Made by a program: the position numbers and the translations under genes. The notes beneath the pieces are model-generated. The model worked only from the letters and a program-made list of their open reading frames with translations, searched no databases and was not told where the DNA came from. A stretch of 25,599 bases of DNA, taken from the NCBI GenBank assembly GCA_046583315.1, contig JAYGCN010000176.1:1-25599 (forward strand), in the 5' to 3' direction. This stretch comes from Candidatus Hydrogenedentota bacterium. GTDB lineage: Bacteria; Hydrogenedentota; Hydrogenedentia; Hydrogenedentales; GCA-2746185. The stretch's first letter is position 1; every line of letters starts with the position of its first letter. Shown here in pieces: positions 7,775 to 15,991 of the stretch.

Positions 7775-8710
7775 ATGGCAGAACTGGCCATTCAGACCTC
7801 TGGATTGACAAAACAGTATCGGTCCCATCTGGGGATGACTGGTGCTCTGGTCCTGGATGGACTCGATTTGTCGATTCGGGAGCGGGAAATTTTTGGGTTT
7901 CTGGGCCGGAACGGTGCCGGAAAGACGACAACCATCAAGATTCTGTGTGGCTTGGTGCGCCAATGGGGCGGTGAGGCGGCCATTTTCGGGGAGAATGTGC
8001 GCCGAAAGAACGCGCGTCGGCTGATTGGTTATCTTCCGGAGAGTCCGTACTTCTACGAGTACTTGACCCCGCGGGAAACCGTCCAGTTTTACACGACCTT
8101 GGATGGTCTCTCGGCGAAAGACCGAAATATCCGTTGGGATTTCCTGTCGGAATTGCTCGCGCTTGAGGATATCGCGGATCAGCGCATTCGCGGGTTCTCC
8201 AAGGGAATGCGGCAACGGCTGGGGTTTGCTGTGGCTATGGCCGGCAACCCAAAACTGCTGATTCTCGATGAACCGATGTCCGGGTTGGACCCGATGGGTC
8301 GCCACATGATCCGGGATTTGCTCACACGGCTTCGGGACGAGAAACGAACTGTATTTTTTTCTTCGCATATTCTGGGCGATGTGGAACTGATCTGTGATCG
8401 GGTGGGGATGTTGGTAAACGGGAAATTGCATAAGGAAGGTGCGCTGAGCGATCTCTTGGTCCGGGCGACAAGCCGTGTGGATGTGATTGCGACGGGGCTT
8501 TCGGAGTCGCTGGTCGCCCAGTTGGCTGAACGTGCAATACTGGATCACCCTACCGAGGACGGCCATCGCTTCGGTTTTGCCAATCAGGAATCTACGGACG
8601 CTGCGGTAAGCACGATTTATGCCCAGAACGGGCGTGTGCTTGAAATCACTCCTATCAAGGAAACGCTTGAAGACTATTTTGTGCGGGAACAGGAGGGCGC
8701 ATCGTCATGA
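7775..8710 (+). CDS. ABC-2 type transporter ATP-binding protein (PilH-like)
   Basis: GRNGAGKTT, IGYLPESPYFYEYLT, FSKGMRQR, ILDEPMSGLDP.GR, FSSHIL, C-terminal TLEDYF. ATG 7775 follows GAGGGG (alternative ATG at 7757). Confidence 0.9.
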   Translation: MAELAIQTSGLTKQYRSHLGMTGALVLDGLDLSIREREIFGFLGRNGAGKTTTIKILCGLVRQWGGEAAIFGENVRRKNARRLIGYLPESPYFYEYLTPRETVQFYTTLDGLSAKDRNIRWDFLSELLALEDIADQRIRGFSKGMRQRLGFAVAMAGNPKLLILDEPMSGLDPMGRHMIRDLLTRLRDEKRTVFFSSHILGDVELICDRVGMLVNGKLHKEGALSDLLVRATSRVDVIATGLSESLVAQLAERAILDHPTEDGHRFGFANQESTDAAVSTIYAQNGRVLEITPIKETLEDYFVREQEGASS

Positions 8711-9468
8711 GGATGATCGCGATTGCCATGAATACGTATCGCGAGGCGATTCGGGATCGCGTTCTCTACTTGTTGCTCGTATTCGGAATTCTCTCGATTC
8801 TGGCGGCCAAAATTCTCGGCTACGTCAGCATCGGTGACGAACTCAAGATTATCAAAGATATTTCGTTGGCGAGTATCTCAATCTTCGGCACGTTGATTGC
8901 CGTGTTCGTCGGAACGAATCTGATTTACAAGGAAATCGACAAACGAACGATCTACACGATATTGAGTCGGCCCATTGATCGCCGGGAGTTTATTTTGGGT
9001 AAATACTTGGGGCTGATCATGCTGGTGGGCATGACGACGGTGTGCATGGCCACCTTCGCAGCAATCTATATTGTTCTGTTGGGCGGCACCGTGGACATCA
9101 TGTTTTTGGAAGCGGTGGTGCTGATCTATTGGAAGCTGTTGTTGATTACGGCCTTCTCCGTAATGCTTTCGGCGTTGACCTCCCCGATTCTGGGGGCCAT
9201 TATCGTGCTGGCAGGATATTTTTTCGGGCATGCGACGGGTATATTGATTGACTTGCCGTCTCAGCTAAGCGGAACTTCTACCGAGACCATCGGGCGCGCC
9301 ATCTATTTTGTTACGCCCAATCTGTCTAACTTCGATATCTGGCAGGAGTATGCCAGCGGCATTGAAGTGACTCATCAATATGTCTTTTGGACCATCGGGT
9401 ACGGCACGTTGTACACCGGACTCATCCTCTATCTGGCAACGATCGCGTTTGAGAACAAGGACGTTTAG
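8707..9468 (+). CDS. ABC-2 type permease (PilI-like)
   Basis: IA.NTYREAIRDRVLY, KEIDKRTIYTILSRPI.R.EFILGKYLG, about 6 TM helices, C-terminal FENKDV; ATGA overlap with the ATPase. Confidence 0.88.
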   Translation: MRMIAIAMNTYREAIRDRVLYLLLVFGILSILAAKILGYVSIGDELKIIKDISLASISIFGTLIAVFVGTNLIYKEIDKRTIYTILSRPIDRREFILGKYLGLIMLVGMTTVCMATFAAIYIVLLGGTVDIMFLEAVVLIYWKLLLITAFSVMLSALTSPILGAIIVLAGYFFGHATGILIDLPSQLSGTSTETIGRAIYFVTPNLSNFDIWQEYASGIEVTHQYVFWTIGYGTLYTGLILYLATIAFENKDV

Positions 9469-9470
9469 GA

Positions 9471-10532
9471 ATGAATGCGCCGATTGCTGCAGTCAAGCGT
9501 TCACGAATGCGAATCGTCGCACCATTATTGGTGGTGATCGCGGCGTTACCCACTCTTGGCATGCTGCAACATTCTATTGATACCATGCATGATGCTCAGA
9601 CCGCCAACGAGATGTTGTATTTTCCGAATGACAAACTGTTGCGTCATTTTACGGCTGGGCTGGACAACATTGTGGCTGATTTCATGTGGTACCGGACGGT
9701 TCAGTATGTGGGTGAGGAGTTTCTTGACCAAACTGTCAAAGGATCCTGGCTGGCGCAGATGGTCACTACCACGACGAAGCTGTCACCTCATCATGTGGAT
9801 GCCTTCCGATACGGAGGCTCATTGTTGGCGGCCATCGGCTCGGATGAGGAAGCGATGAAATTGCTCAAGGAAGGTTTCTATCACAATCCGGACTCCTGGA
9901 CGATCCCCTATGAGATGCATTCGGTGTACCTGATGAATCGCCGTGAGGAACCGAACGCGAATCTGCTGGCCAGTCGCTACGCCTATCTGGTCGGCGAGCG
10001 TCATGAACCGGAATACAGGAGTATGTATTTCGAGCTTTCGCAAAAACTTCTCGAGCGGGAGAATATGCACGCTGAAGCGGTCGCGTTCTTTCGGGACAAG
10101 GTGGCGCGTGCCAAAGATCCGATGTTGCGATCACTTGCTGAGGCGCAGCTGCGTATCGCCATCATCGAAAGGAATCTTGACACCCTGAATCTGGCGGCCG
10201 AGCATTACGCATCGACCAACGGCACGTTTCCGAATTCGCTGCAGGCCCTCGTGAATGCCGAATTGGTGAACGCGTTGCCTTCGGATCCGCTGGAGGGGAA
10301 GTACTATATTGACGAGGCGCACGGGCAGGTACGAAACGAGACGATTCAGCGGCAACGGAAAGATCGGCTTGTGCATCGAATCAATAACAACCTTCAGACC
10401 TATCTCGAAGCGCATAATACTTATCCCGACAGCCTGGAAACGTTATGGGCGTGGGAAGACCGCGACGGGGTTCCCTATCCCTTTCCTGGCGGAGACTGGA
10501 TCTATGATCCGGTAACGGGCAAGGTGCGGTAG
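9471..10532 (+). CDS. Membrane-anchored exported accessory protein with a TPR-like helical region and duplicated pseudopilin(GspG)-like C-terminal modules
   Basis: N-terminal TM; LYFP...AGLDNIVADFMWYRTVQYVG; TPR-like EAMKLLKEGFYHNPDSW; two Y..T(F/Y)P.SL..L...P.....G....D...G.VR modules; starts 2 nt after the permease stop. Confidence 0.6.
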   Translation: MNAPIAAVKRSRMRIVAPLLVVIAALPTLGMLQHSIDTMHDAQTANEMLYFPNDKLLRHFTAGLDNIVADFMWYRTVQYVGEEFLDQTVKGSWLAQMVTTTTKLSPHHVDAFRYGGSLLAAIGSDEEAMKLLKEGFYHNPDSWTIPYEMHSVYLMNRREEPNANLLASRYAYLVGERHEPEYRSMYFELSQKLLERENMHAEAVAFFRDKVARAKDPMLRSLAEAQLRIAIIERNLDTLNLAAEHYASTNGTFPNSLQALVNAELVNALPSDPLEGKYYIDEAHGQVRNETIQRQRKDRLVHRINNNLQTYLEAHNTYPDSLETLWAWEDRDGVPYPFPGGDWIYDPVTGKVR

Positions 10533-10566
10533 CGGGATACCTGCGGCTCAGCGATGTGCCACGGGT

Positions 10567-10596
10567 TGGACAAATCTTTCCGTATTCCTCTACAAT
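10567..10596 (+). promoter_or_regulatory. Putative sigma-70 promoter of prpD
   Basis: TGGACA-N18-TACAAT, 49 nt upstream of GTG 10646. Confidence 0.45.
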
Positions 10597-10645
10597 ACTC
10601 GCTTTCTGCACCACTATCCCTCATTAACCACAAGGACCGCGCACC

Positions 10646-12154
10646 GTGAAGACACATACCATCCGGGTTCATCCCTCCAGTGAGAACCTTGCGAAAGAAG
10701 ACCAATTTGCCCATAAAATAGCGACAATGGCTTCGGACGATACGCCAATCGATTCAGCGGCCGAAGATATGGTGATCAATCGCATTATTGATAACGCTTC
10801 TGTTGCCATTGCATCGGTCAATCGTACTCCGGTGGCCAATGCGCGCTCCCAGGCACTGGCCCATCCGCGCACACCCGGCGCTACCGTGTTCGGCATGCCC
10901 AACGATCAACTTTTCGAGGCGACGTGGGCCGCATGGGCCAATGGCACGGCGGTGCGTGAGCTGGATTATCATGACACCTTTCTGGCTGCCGAGTATTCGC
11001 ATCCAGGTGATAACATCCCCCCCATTCTTGCGGTGGCCCAGCAACTTGGCAAAGGCGGGCTCGACCTCATTAAGGGAATTCTGACGGGTTACGAGACGCA
11101 GGTGAATTTGGTTAAGGGCATTTGCCTGCATAAATTCAAGAAGGACCACTGCGCGCACATGTGTCCGGGTCAGGCCGCCGGCATCGGAACCCTGCTGGGT
11201 CTCGATACGGACACGATTTTCCAGTCGGTGAATCAAGCCGTTCATGTGTCCTTCTCCACGCGTCAATCGCGCAAGGGTGAGATTTCTTCGTGGAAGGCCT
11301 ACGTGCCGGCGCATTCGGGCAAGCTGGCCATCGAAGCGGTGGACCGTGCGATGCGTGGTGAGAAATCCCCGTCTCCCATCTATGAAGGCGAGGACAGTGT
11401 AATCGCGTGGATGCTGGACGGGCCGGATGGATCGTATGAAGTGCCGTTGCCGGAAGCGGGTGAAAGTAAACGCGCGATTCTGGATACGTATACGAAGGAA
11501 CACTCGGCCGAGTATCAGGCGCAGGCACTCATTGATCTGGCGTTCAAGATGCGTGAGAAAATCGAAAACGTCGACGACATTGAACACATCATGATTCACA
11601 CGAGTCATCACACGCATAACGTGATTGGGACTGGGGCGAATGATCCGCAGAAGATGGACCCGAAGGCGAGTCGCGAGACGCTGGACCACAGCATCATGTA
11701 TATTTTCACGATCGCGCTGCAGGACGGCGCCTGGCACCATGTGGACAGTTACACGCCGGAACGCGCGGGGCGTGCTGACACGGTGACTCTGTGGCACAAG
11801 ATTGAGACCTGCGAAGATCTCGAATGGACCTCGCGTTATCACGATCCCGATCCGAAACGGAAAGCCTTCGGCGCGAAAGTCGAGATCACTTTCAAGAATG
11901 GCAAGAAACTGATCGACGAAATGGCCTTGGCCAATGCCCACTCTGATGGCGCGCGACCTTTCCAGCGCGAGCAGTACGTCGGAAAGTTCAAGACGCTGAC
12001 GGACAACATCATTACACCGGAAGAAAGCGGTCGCTTCCTGGAGTTGGTACAGAACCTGCGTAATCTGAGTGCGGAAGAGTTACTTGGACTCAATGTTCAG
12101 GTTTCGCCGGATGCGATGCCACTCCATGAACGGGATACGCGCGGTATTTTCTAG
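10646..12154 (+). CDS. prpD: 2-methylcitrate dehydratase (MmgE/PrpD family)
   Basis: WANGTAVRELDYHDTFLAAEYSHPGDNIPPILAVA, RKGEISSWKA, KEHSAEYQAQ, SRETLDHSIMYI; GTG start after AAGGA. Confidence 0.92.
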   Translation: MKTHTIRVHPSSENLAKEDQFAHKIATMASDDTPIDSAAEDMVINRIIDNASVAIASVNRTPVANARSQALAHPRTPGATVFGMPNDQLFEATWAAWANGTAVRELDYHDTFLAAEYSHPGDNIPPILAVAQQLGKGGLDLIKGILTGYETQVNLVKGICLHKFKKDHCAHMCPGQAAGIGTLLGLDTDTIFQSVNQAVHVSFSTRQSRKGEISSWKAYVPAHSGKLAIEAVDRAMRGEKSPSPIYEGEDSVIAWMLDGPDGSYEVPLPEAGESKRAILDTYTKEHSAEYQAQALIDLAFKMREKIENVDDIEHIMIHTSHHTHNVIGTGANDPQKMDPKASRETLDHSIMYIFTIALQDGAWHHVDSYTPERAGRADTVTLWHKIETCEDLEWTSRYHDPDPKRKAFGAKVEITFKNGKKLIDEMALANAHSDGARPFQREQYVGKFKTLTDNIITPEESGRFLELVQNLRNLSAEELLGLNVQVSPDAMPLHERDTRGIF

Positions 12155-12170
12155 TCGCAACACCAAGAAA

Positions 12171-12215
12171 ACAAAATGGCCGACATTCTCAACTGGAATG
12201 TCGGCCGTTTTTTGT
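12171..12215. terminator. Bidirectional intrinsic terminator between prpD and sco
   Basis: AAAATGGCCGACATTC-TCAACTG-GAATGTCGGCCGTTTT hairpin with an A-tract on the left and a T-tract on the right. Confidence 0.88.
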
Positions 12216-12243
12216 CCTGAGATTCGTGACTATGCGGGTGTTT

Positions 12244-12873
12244 CTATTCGCTCAGCAGGGTGTTAATATCGCCGACAAGCCGAGTGATTTCTTCGGACTC
12301 GGTGCCGGTATAGAATCCGCGGAGGTCTCCGTTTCCATCGACGAGCACAAATTTGGAACTGTGATTGACGGGCTCGTCTCCGGAGCCAATGAACATGCCT
12401 TCACGGGCCAATTCGAGTACGGCATCCATATCTCCGCGCAAGAACTGCCATTGCTCGGGGTTCGCATCAAAGCGTTCGCCGTATTTGGTTAATACTTCGT
12501 GCGTATCGGTATCCGGATCAACGGAGATGGATACCAGTTGCACGTCGGGCACATCCACGAAGGCTTCCTGGAGAATGCCCATGTTCTTGCTCATGATCGG
12601 GCAAATGCCGGTGCAGGAGGTGAATATAAAATCCGCTACCCATATTTTTCCTTGCATGGCTTCGAGGGTTACCGCGTTGCCCGACTGATTTTCCATGGCG
12701 AAGTCGGTCACGTGGCCGTAGACATCAAGTCCGTCGCCGTTGAGGCTTTGTGCCGATACCTGTTGTGCGGACGTGGCGCGTTGGTTTTCGACCAGTGACA
12801 TGGCCACGAGTATGGCGACGAGACCGATGAAAGAGAGGCCGGTCATCACTGTTGCGTAGGTTCGAGTAGTCAT
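12244..12873 (-). CDS. SCO1/SenC family copper chaperone
   Basis: N-terminal TM; GKIWVADFIFTSCTGICP (CxxxC), ISVDPDTD, conserved His in NHSSKFVLVD. Confidence 0.93.
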   Translation of the reverse strand: MTTRTYATVMTGLSFIGLVAILVAMSLVENQRATSAQQVSAQSLNGDGLDVYGHVTDFAMENQSGNAVTLEAMQGKIWVADFIFTSCTGICPIMSKNMGILQEAFVDVPDVQLVSISVDPDTDTHEVLTKYGERFDANPEQWQFLRGDMDAVLELAREGMFIGSGDEPVNHSSKFVLVDGNGDLRGFYTGTESEEITRLVGDINTLLSE

Positions 12874-12927
12874 CTTGTTTCCTTTATCGTACTGCGCTTG
12901 CTGAATGCGCGTTGTATCATTGGAGTG

Positions 12928-13845
12928 CTATCCCAAGTGCATTACCGAATCGATGGCGATGATGATCAGTAACAAGGGGAGATAAATCAGTGAGACGCGC
13001 ATGAGCGTCCGTGCGGTATCCTGACTTTTATCACGCACGAAGGCGATGCCGTAAGCCAGGAAGATTAAACCCAGAATCAGGGCACCCGTAAAATAGACCC
13101 AGCCGGACATGTCGATAAATGTAGGGATGAGCGACACGGGAATCATCAACACGCTGAATCCGATTACCTGGGCCGACATATTCTTGCAGTCCGGTTTGAC
13201 GACTGGGAGCATCTTGAGACCCCCCCGTTCGTAATCGTCGCGGTACATCCACGCGATGGCGAAGAAGTGGGGATGCTGCCAGATGTACATGACCGCGAAG
13301 AGAATCCATGCGCCAGCATCAAGGGTATTGGTTGCGGCCGCCCAGCCCATTAAGGGAGGCATGGCTCCGGGGATAGCGCCGACGGAGGTGTTCCACCAAG
13401 TCAGGCGTTTCATGGGCGTATAGACGAGCACATAGAGAAAGGTGCTCTGAAGTACGAGAAACGCGGTCAGTAAATTAACGTAGATAACGAGTAGAAAACA
13501 TCCACCGAGTGCCATGGCTACGCCGAGATAGAGGGCTACGGAAGGTGAAATGATGCCGGTCACCAATGGGCGATTTTTGGTGCGCTCCATTTTACTGTCG
13601 ACATCGCGCTCGAGGTACTGATTGAGCACGGAGGCTCCGCCACCGGCCAGCGCGATCCCTAGCATGGAGACGAGAAACAGCTGCATGCTGCCGCTACCGT
13701 CGTGTTGGCTCATGGCGAGAAAATAGCCGATGGCCGCCGTGACGACGACCATCAGGGCGATTCGCGGTTTGGTGAGTTCTATGTAAGCGGATAAGGGCAC
13801 AGATTGATCCTTCTGCACTAATGAGGAATTCTTATTTGATTGCAA
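12928..13845 (-). CDS. ctaB: Protoheme IX farnesyltransferase (heme O synthase)
   Basis: ELTKPRI, NQYLERDVDSKMERTKNRPL, YT.MKR, GAIPGAMPPLMGW, WQHPHFFAIAW.YRDDY..GG..MLP. Confidence 0.96.
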   Translation of the reverse strand: MQSNKNSSLVQKDQSVPLSAYIELTKPRIALMVVVTAAIGYFLAMSQHDGSGSMQLFLVSMLGIALAGGGASVLNQYLERDVDSKMERTKNRPLVTGIISPSVALYLGVAMALGGCFLLVIYVNLLTAFLVLQSTFLYVLVYTPMKRLTWWNTSVGAIPGAMPPLMGWAAATNTLDAGAWILFAVMYIWQHPHFFAIAWMYRDDYERGGLKMLPVVKPDCKNMSAQVIGFSVLMIPVSLIPTFIDMSGWVYFTGALILGLIFLAYGIAFVRDKSQDTARTLMRVSLIYLPLLLIIIAIDSVMHLG

Positions 13846-13876
13846 CGGTACATTTTCCTTTAATTCGGCTCAAGTT

Positions 13877-14962
13877 CTACTTTATCACAGCGTCGCCGAG
13901 GGCATCGCTCGATTTTTCAATGGGCGTTACCGACGATTCTTGCCATAAATCCAGAGGCATGGACCGCAACACGGCCAGCCAACTCACCCCGAGCGTCGCC
14001 GCTCCGGTTACTACGTGTAAACTTGTTATAAACGGCACACGATGGCTCAAGACGGTGATGATTCCGAGAGCAATCTGCACCGTAACCAGGATCATCAGCA
14101 TGATGGTGGTCTTCCAGACTTTCGGGTAGGCTTCGCGATTGGCTCCGGCGTGTTTTGCGAACATCATCAGGGCCACGAACACCGCGATGGCACCAACGCG
14201 ATGGATGAAATGCGCGTAGAGCTGCGCAAGGGTAACGTCTTCGAGAACGACGCCGGTTTCGAAGGAGTAGTCTATCCGCCATTCGTTGACCCAATCCACG
14301 GAAGACTGTGTGAAAAAGGGTATCCATTGCCCGGCCATCAGCGGGAAATCGGGCAGGGCCAGGCCGGACTCGGTATGACGCATAACTGCTCCGAGGATGA
14401 GCTGGGTAAACACGACGGCGGTCATAATCAATGCCGGCTTGAACAGGGGACTCGATTCTGCTGGCGCGACTTCCGCTTCGCGTACGTGCCATTCTCTGGA
14501 GAGAGCGTAAGCCAACAGGATTGTGATCATGAAGAAGGTTTGTGCCAACACGGCGTGGGAAACGGATACCCAGGCGGGTAGTAAAAGGATGACGGTCAGT
14601 CCGCCGAGCAAGCCCTGCGCAATGACAGCGACCAACGCGAGCATCCCGAGGCTTCGCACCCATTTGCGGGGTTCGCGCAGAAAAAGTCCGATCAGCAGAC
14701 CGGTCGTGAGTAGGCCGATTCCGGATGCAACGAGGCGATGCACGTGTTCGTGGTAAATGCCGCCTACCCATTTTGAGTAGTGGAAGGTGAACATGTTTTC
14801 GCCGTAAGTGGTCGGCCAATCGGGCACGGCCAGACCGGCTTCGTGACTTTTCACCTGGCCGCCCATGAAAATCAAAAATAGCGTCATGAGCACGAGCAGC
14901 ATGGCATAACGCGCGAGCCACGGGCGTACCGGGGGTATATCGTTTTCTGTCGGATTGGTCAT
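13877..14962 (-). CDS. ctaA: Heme A synthase (COX15/CtaA family)
   Basis: GLAVPDWP, EHVHR, QGLLGG.TV, SH, HFIHR, TSLH; 8 TM helices in two homologous halves; adjacent to ctaB and sco. Confidence 0.9.
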   Translation of the reverse strand: MTNPTENDIPPVRPWLARYAMLLVLMTLFLIFMGGQVKSHEAGLAVPDWPTTYGENMFTFHYSKWVGGIYHEHVHRLVASGIGLLTTGLLIGLFLREPRKWVRSLGMLALVAVIAQGLLGGLTVILLLPAWVSVSHAVLAQTFFMITILLAYALSREWHVREAEVAPAESSPLFKPALIMTAVVFTQLILGAVMRHTESGLALPDFPLMAGQWIPFFTQSSVDWVNEWRIDYSFETGVVLEDVTLAQLYAHFIHRVGAIAVFVALMMFAKHAGANREAYPKVWKTTIMLMILVTVQIALGIITVLSHRVPFITSLHVVTGAATLGVSWLAVLRSMPLDLWQESSVTPIEKSSDALGDAVIK

Positions 14963-15346
14963 GTATGCAGCCTGAATAAGGAACCGGAACTATGCCAGCG
15001 TGGTGTTGGATGCACCAAGGGCGTTCACTAAAAAAGATGGTTGTTGTCGCGTATCGAAATGGATACTCGGGTTGAATGAGGGCACATGATCGCATAAGGG
15101 GAAATCACGTCGCAACATTTTGACCCGAATCAGGGCCGTTTCGAGCGGTGTTCCGCGGCGCATAGCACGTCCTCATTATGCCGTAACTACTGTTACTAAA
15201 AGACTTACGAAAAAATTCGACTCCCGGCATCTTTCGAGAAAAAATTCCGCGTTCGCAAGAAAATTATCCGCTTTTTCGGCGCAAAGTTGACAAGCGATTC
15301 GCAGAAGAGCGAAGATCCTCATCGGAAGCCTTTCCGGGGGAGTTTC

Positions 15347-15991
15347 ATGGAAGTCATTCAGGATATCGATCTGCGCAATCTCGACGCCAATCAGGTGACC
15401 TTTGTCGTCGCCAGCGTGATGGCCGTTGGCGCTTGGTATTGCTTCCTGGGATACCGCACACTCAAGTTTATCATCGGGCTGACCGGGTTCATCATTGCGG
15501 GTGGCGTTGCGGGATTGTTGATTCACTGGACCACCCACGCTCACCTCATCTCCACAGCCATCGCGACACTCGTCGGCGGTATTTCGGGAGCCTTCGCTTT
15601 GTTTTTTCTTTACAAGACGGGAATCTTCGCGCTTGGTTTGCTCGGGGCGACGCTCATCGCGCACAACTTCATGACGGAGCGGCCGGAGTCCTGGATTCCG
15701 CTGGCTATTCTGGGACTGGGTGTCGTGGGCGGTCTGATGGCACTCCTTATTGAGAAGCCGGTCATGAAACTGGCCACCGCGACACTCGGCGCGTGGCTCA
15801 TCGTTTCGGGCGGCGCGTATTTCCTGTCGGGCTCCCCTGAAATTACCGACCTCACGCACGCCTTCACCATCAAGGAGGAACGCGGCCTCGTGCTCGCATG
15901 CTGGGCGGTGCTATCGATGGCCGGATTCATCGCGCAATGGGCCACTCGCAAAAAAGGCGCCCCCCCTCCGCAACCGGTGATCGTTCAGTAG
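15347..15991 (+). CDS. DUF4203 / TMEM198-like membrane protein
   Basis: G..YCFLGYR.LK..IGLTGF..GG, Gly-rich TM helices, ATA.LGAW. Start moved to ATG 15347, after GGGGGAG. Confidence 0.75.
   Translation: MEVIQDIDLRNLDANQVTFVVASVMAVGAWYCFLGYRTLKFIIGLTGFIIAGGVAGLLIHWTTHAHLISTAIATLVGGISGAFALFFLYKTGIFALGLLGATLIAHNFMTERPESWIPLAILGLGVVGGLMALLIEKPVMKLATATLGAWLIVSGGAYFLSGSPEITDLTHAFTIKEERGLVLACWAVLSMAGFIAQWATRKKGAPPPQPVIVQ

Noticed and set aside
7652..8566. 304-aa minus-strand ORF
   Set aside because: Antisense shadow of the ABC ATPase
10754..11941. 395-aa minus-strand ORF
   Set aside because: Antisense shadow of prpD with no motifs
13917..15095. 392-aa Arg-rich ORF overlapping ctaA
   Set aside because: Same-strand frame shadow; ctaA is intact, so there is no sign of a frameshift
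15287..15316. Perfect TTGACA upstream of the DUF4203-like gene
   Set aside because: The best -10 at a suitable spacing is GAAGAT, too weak to call a promoter
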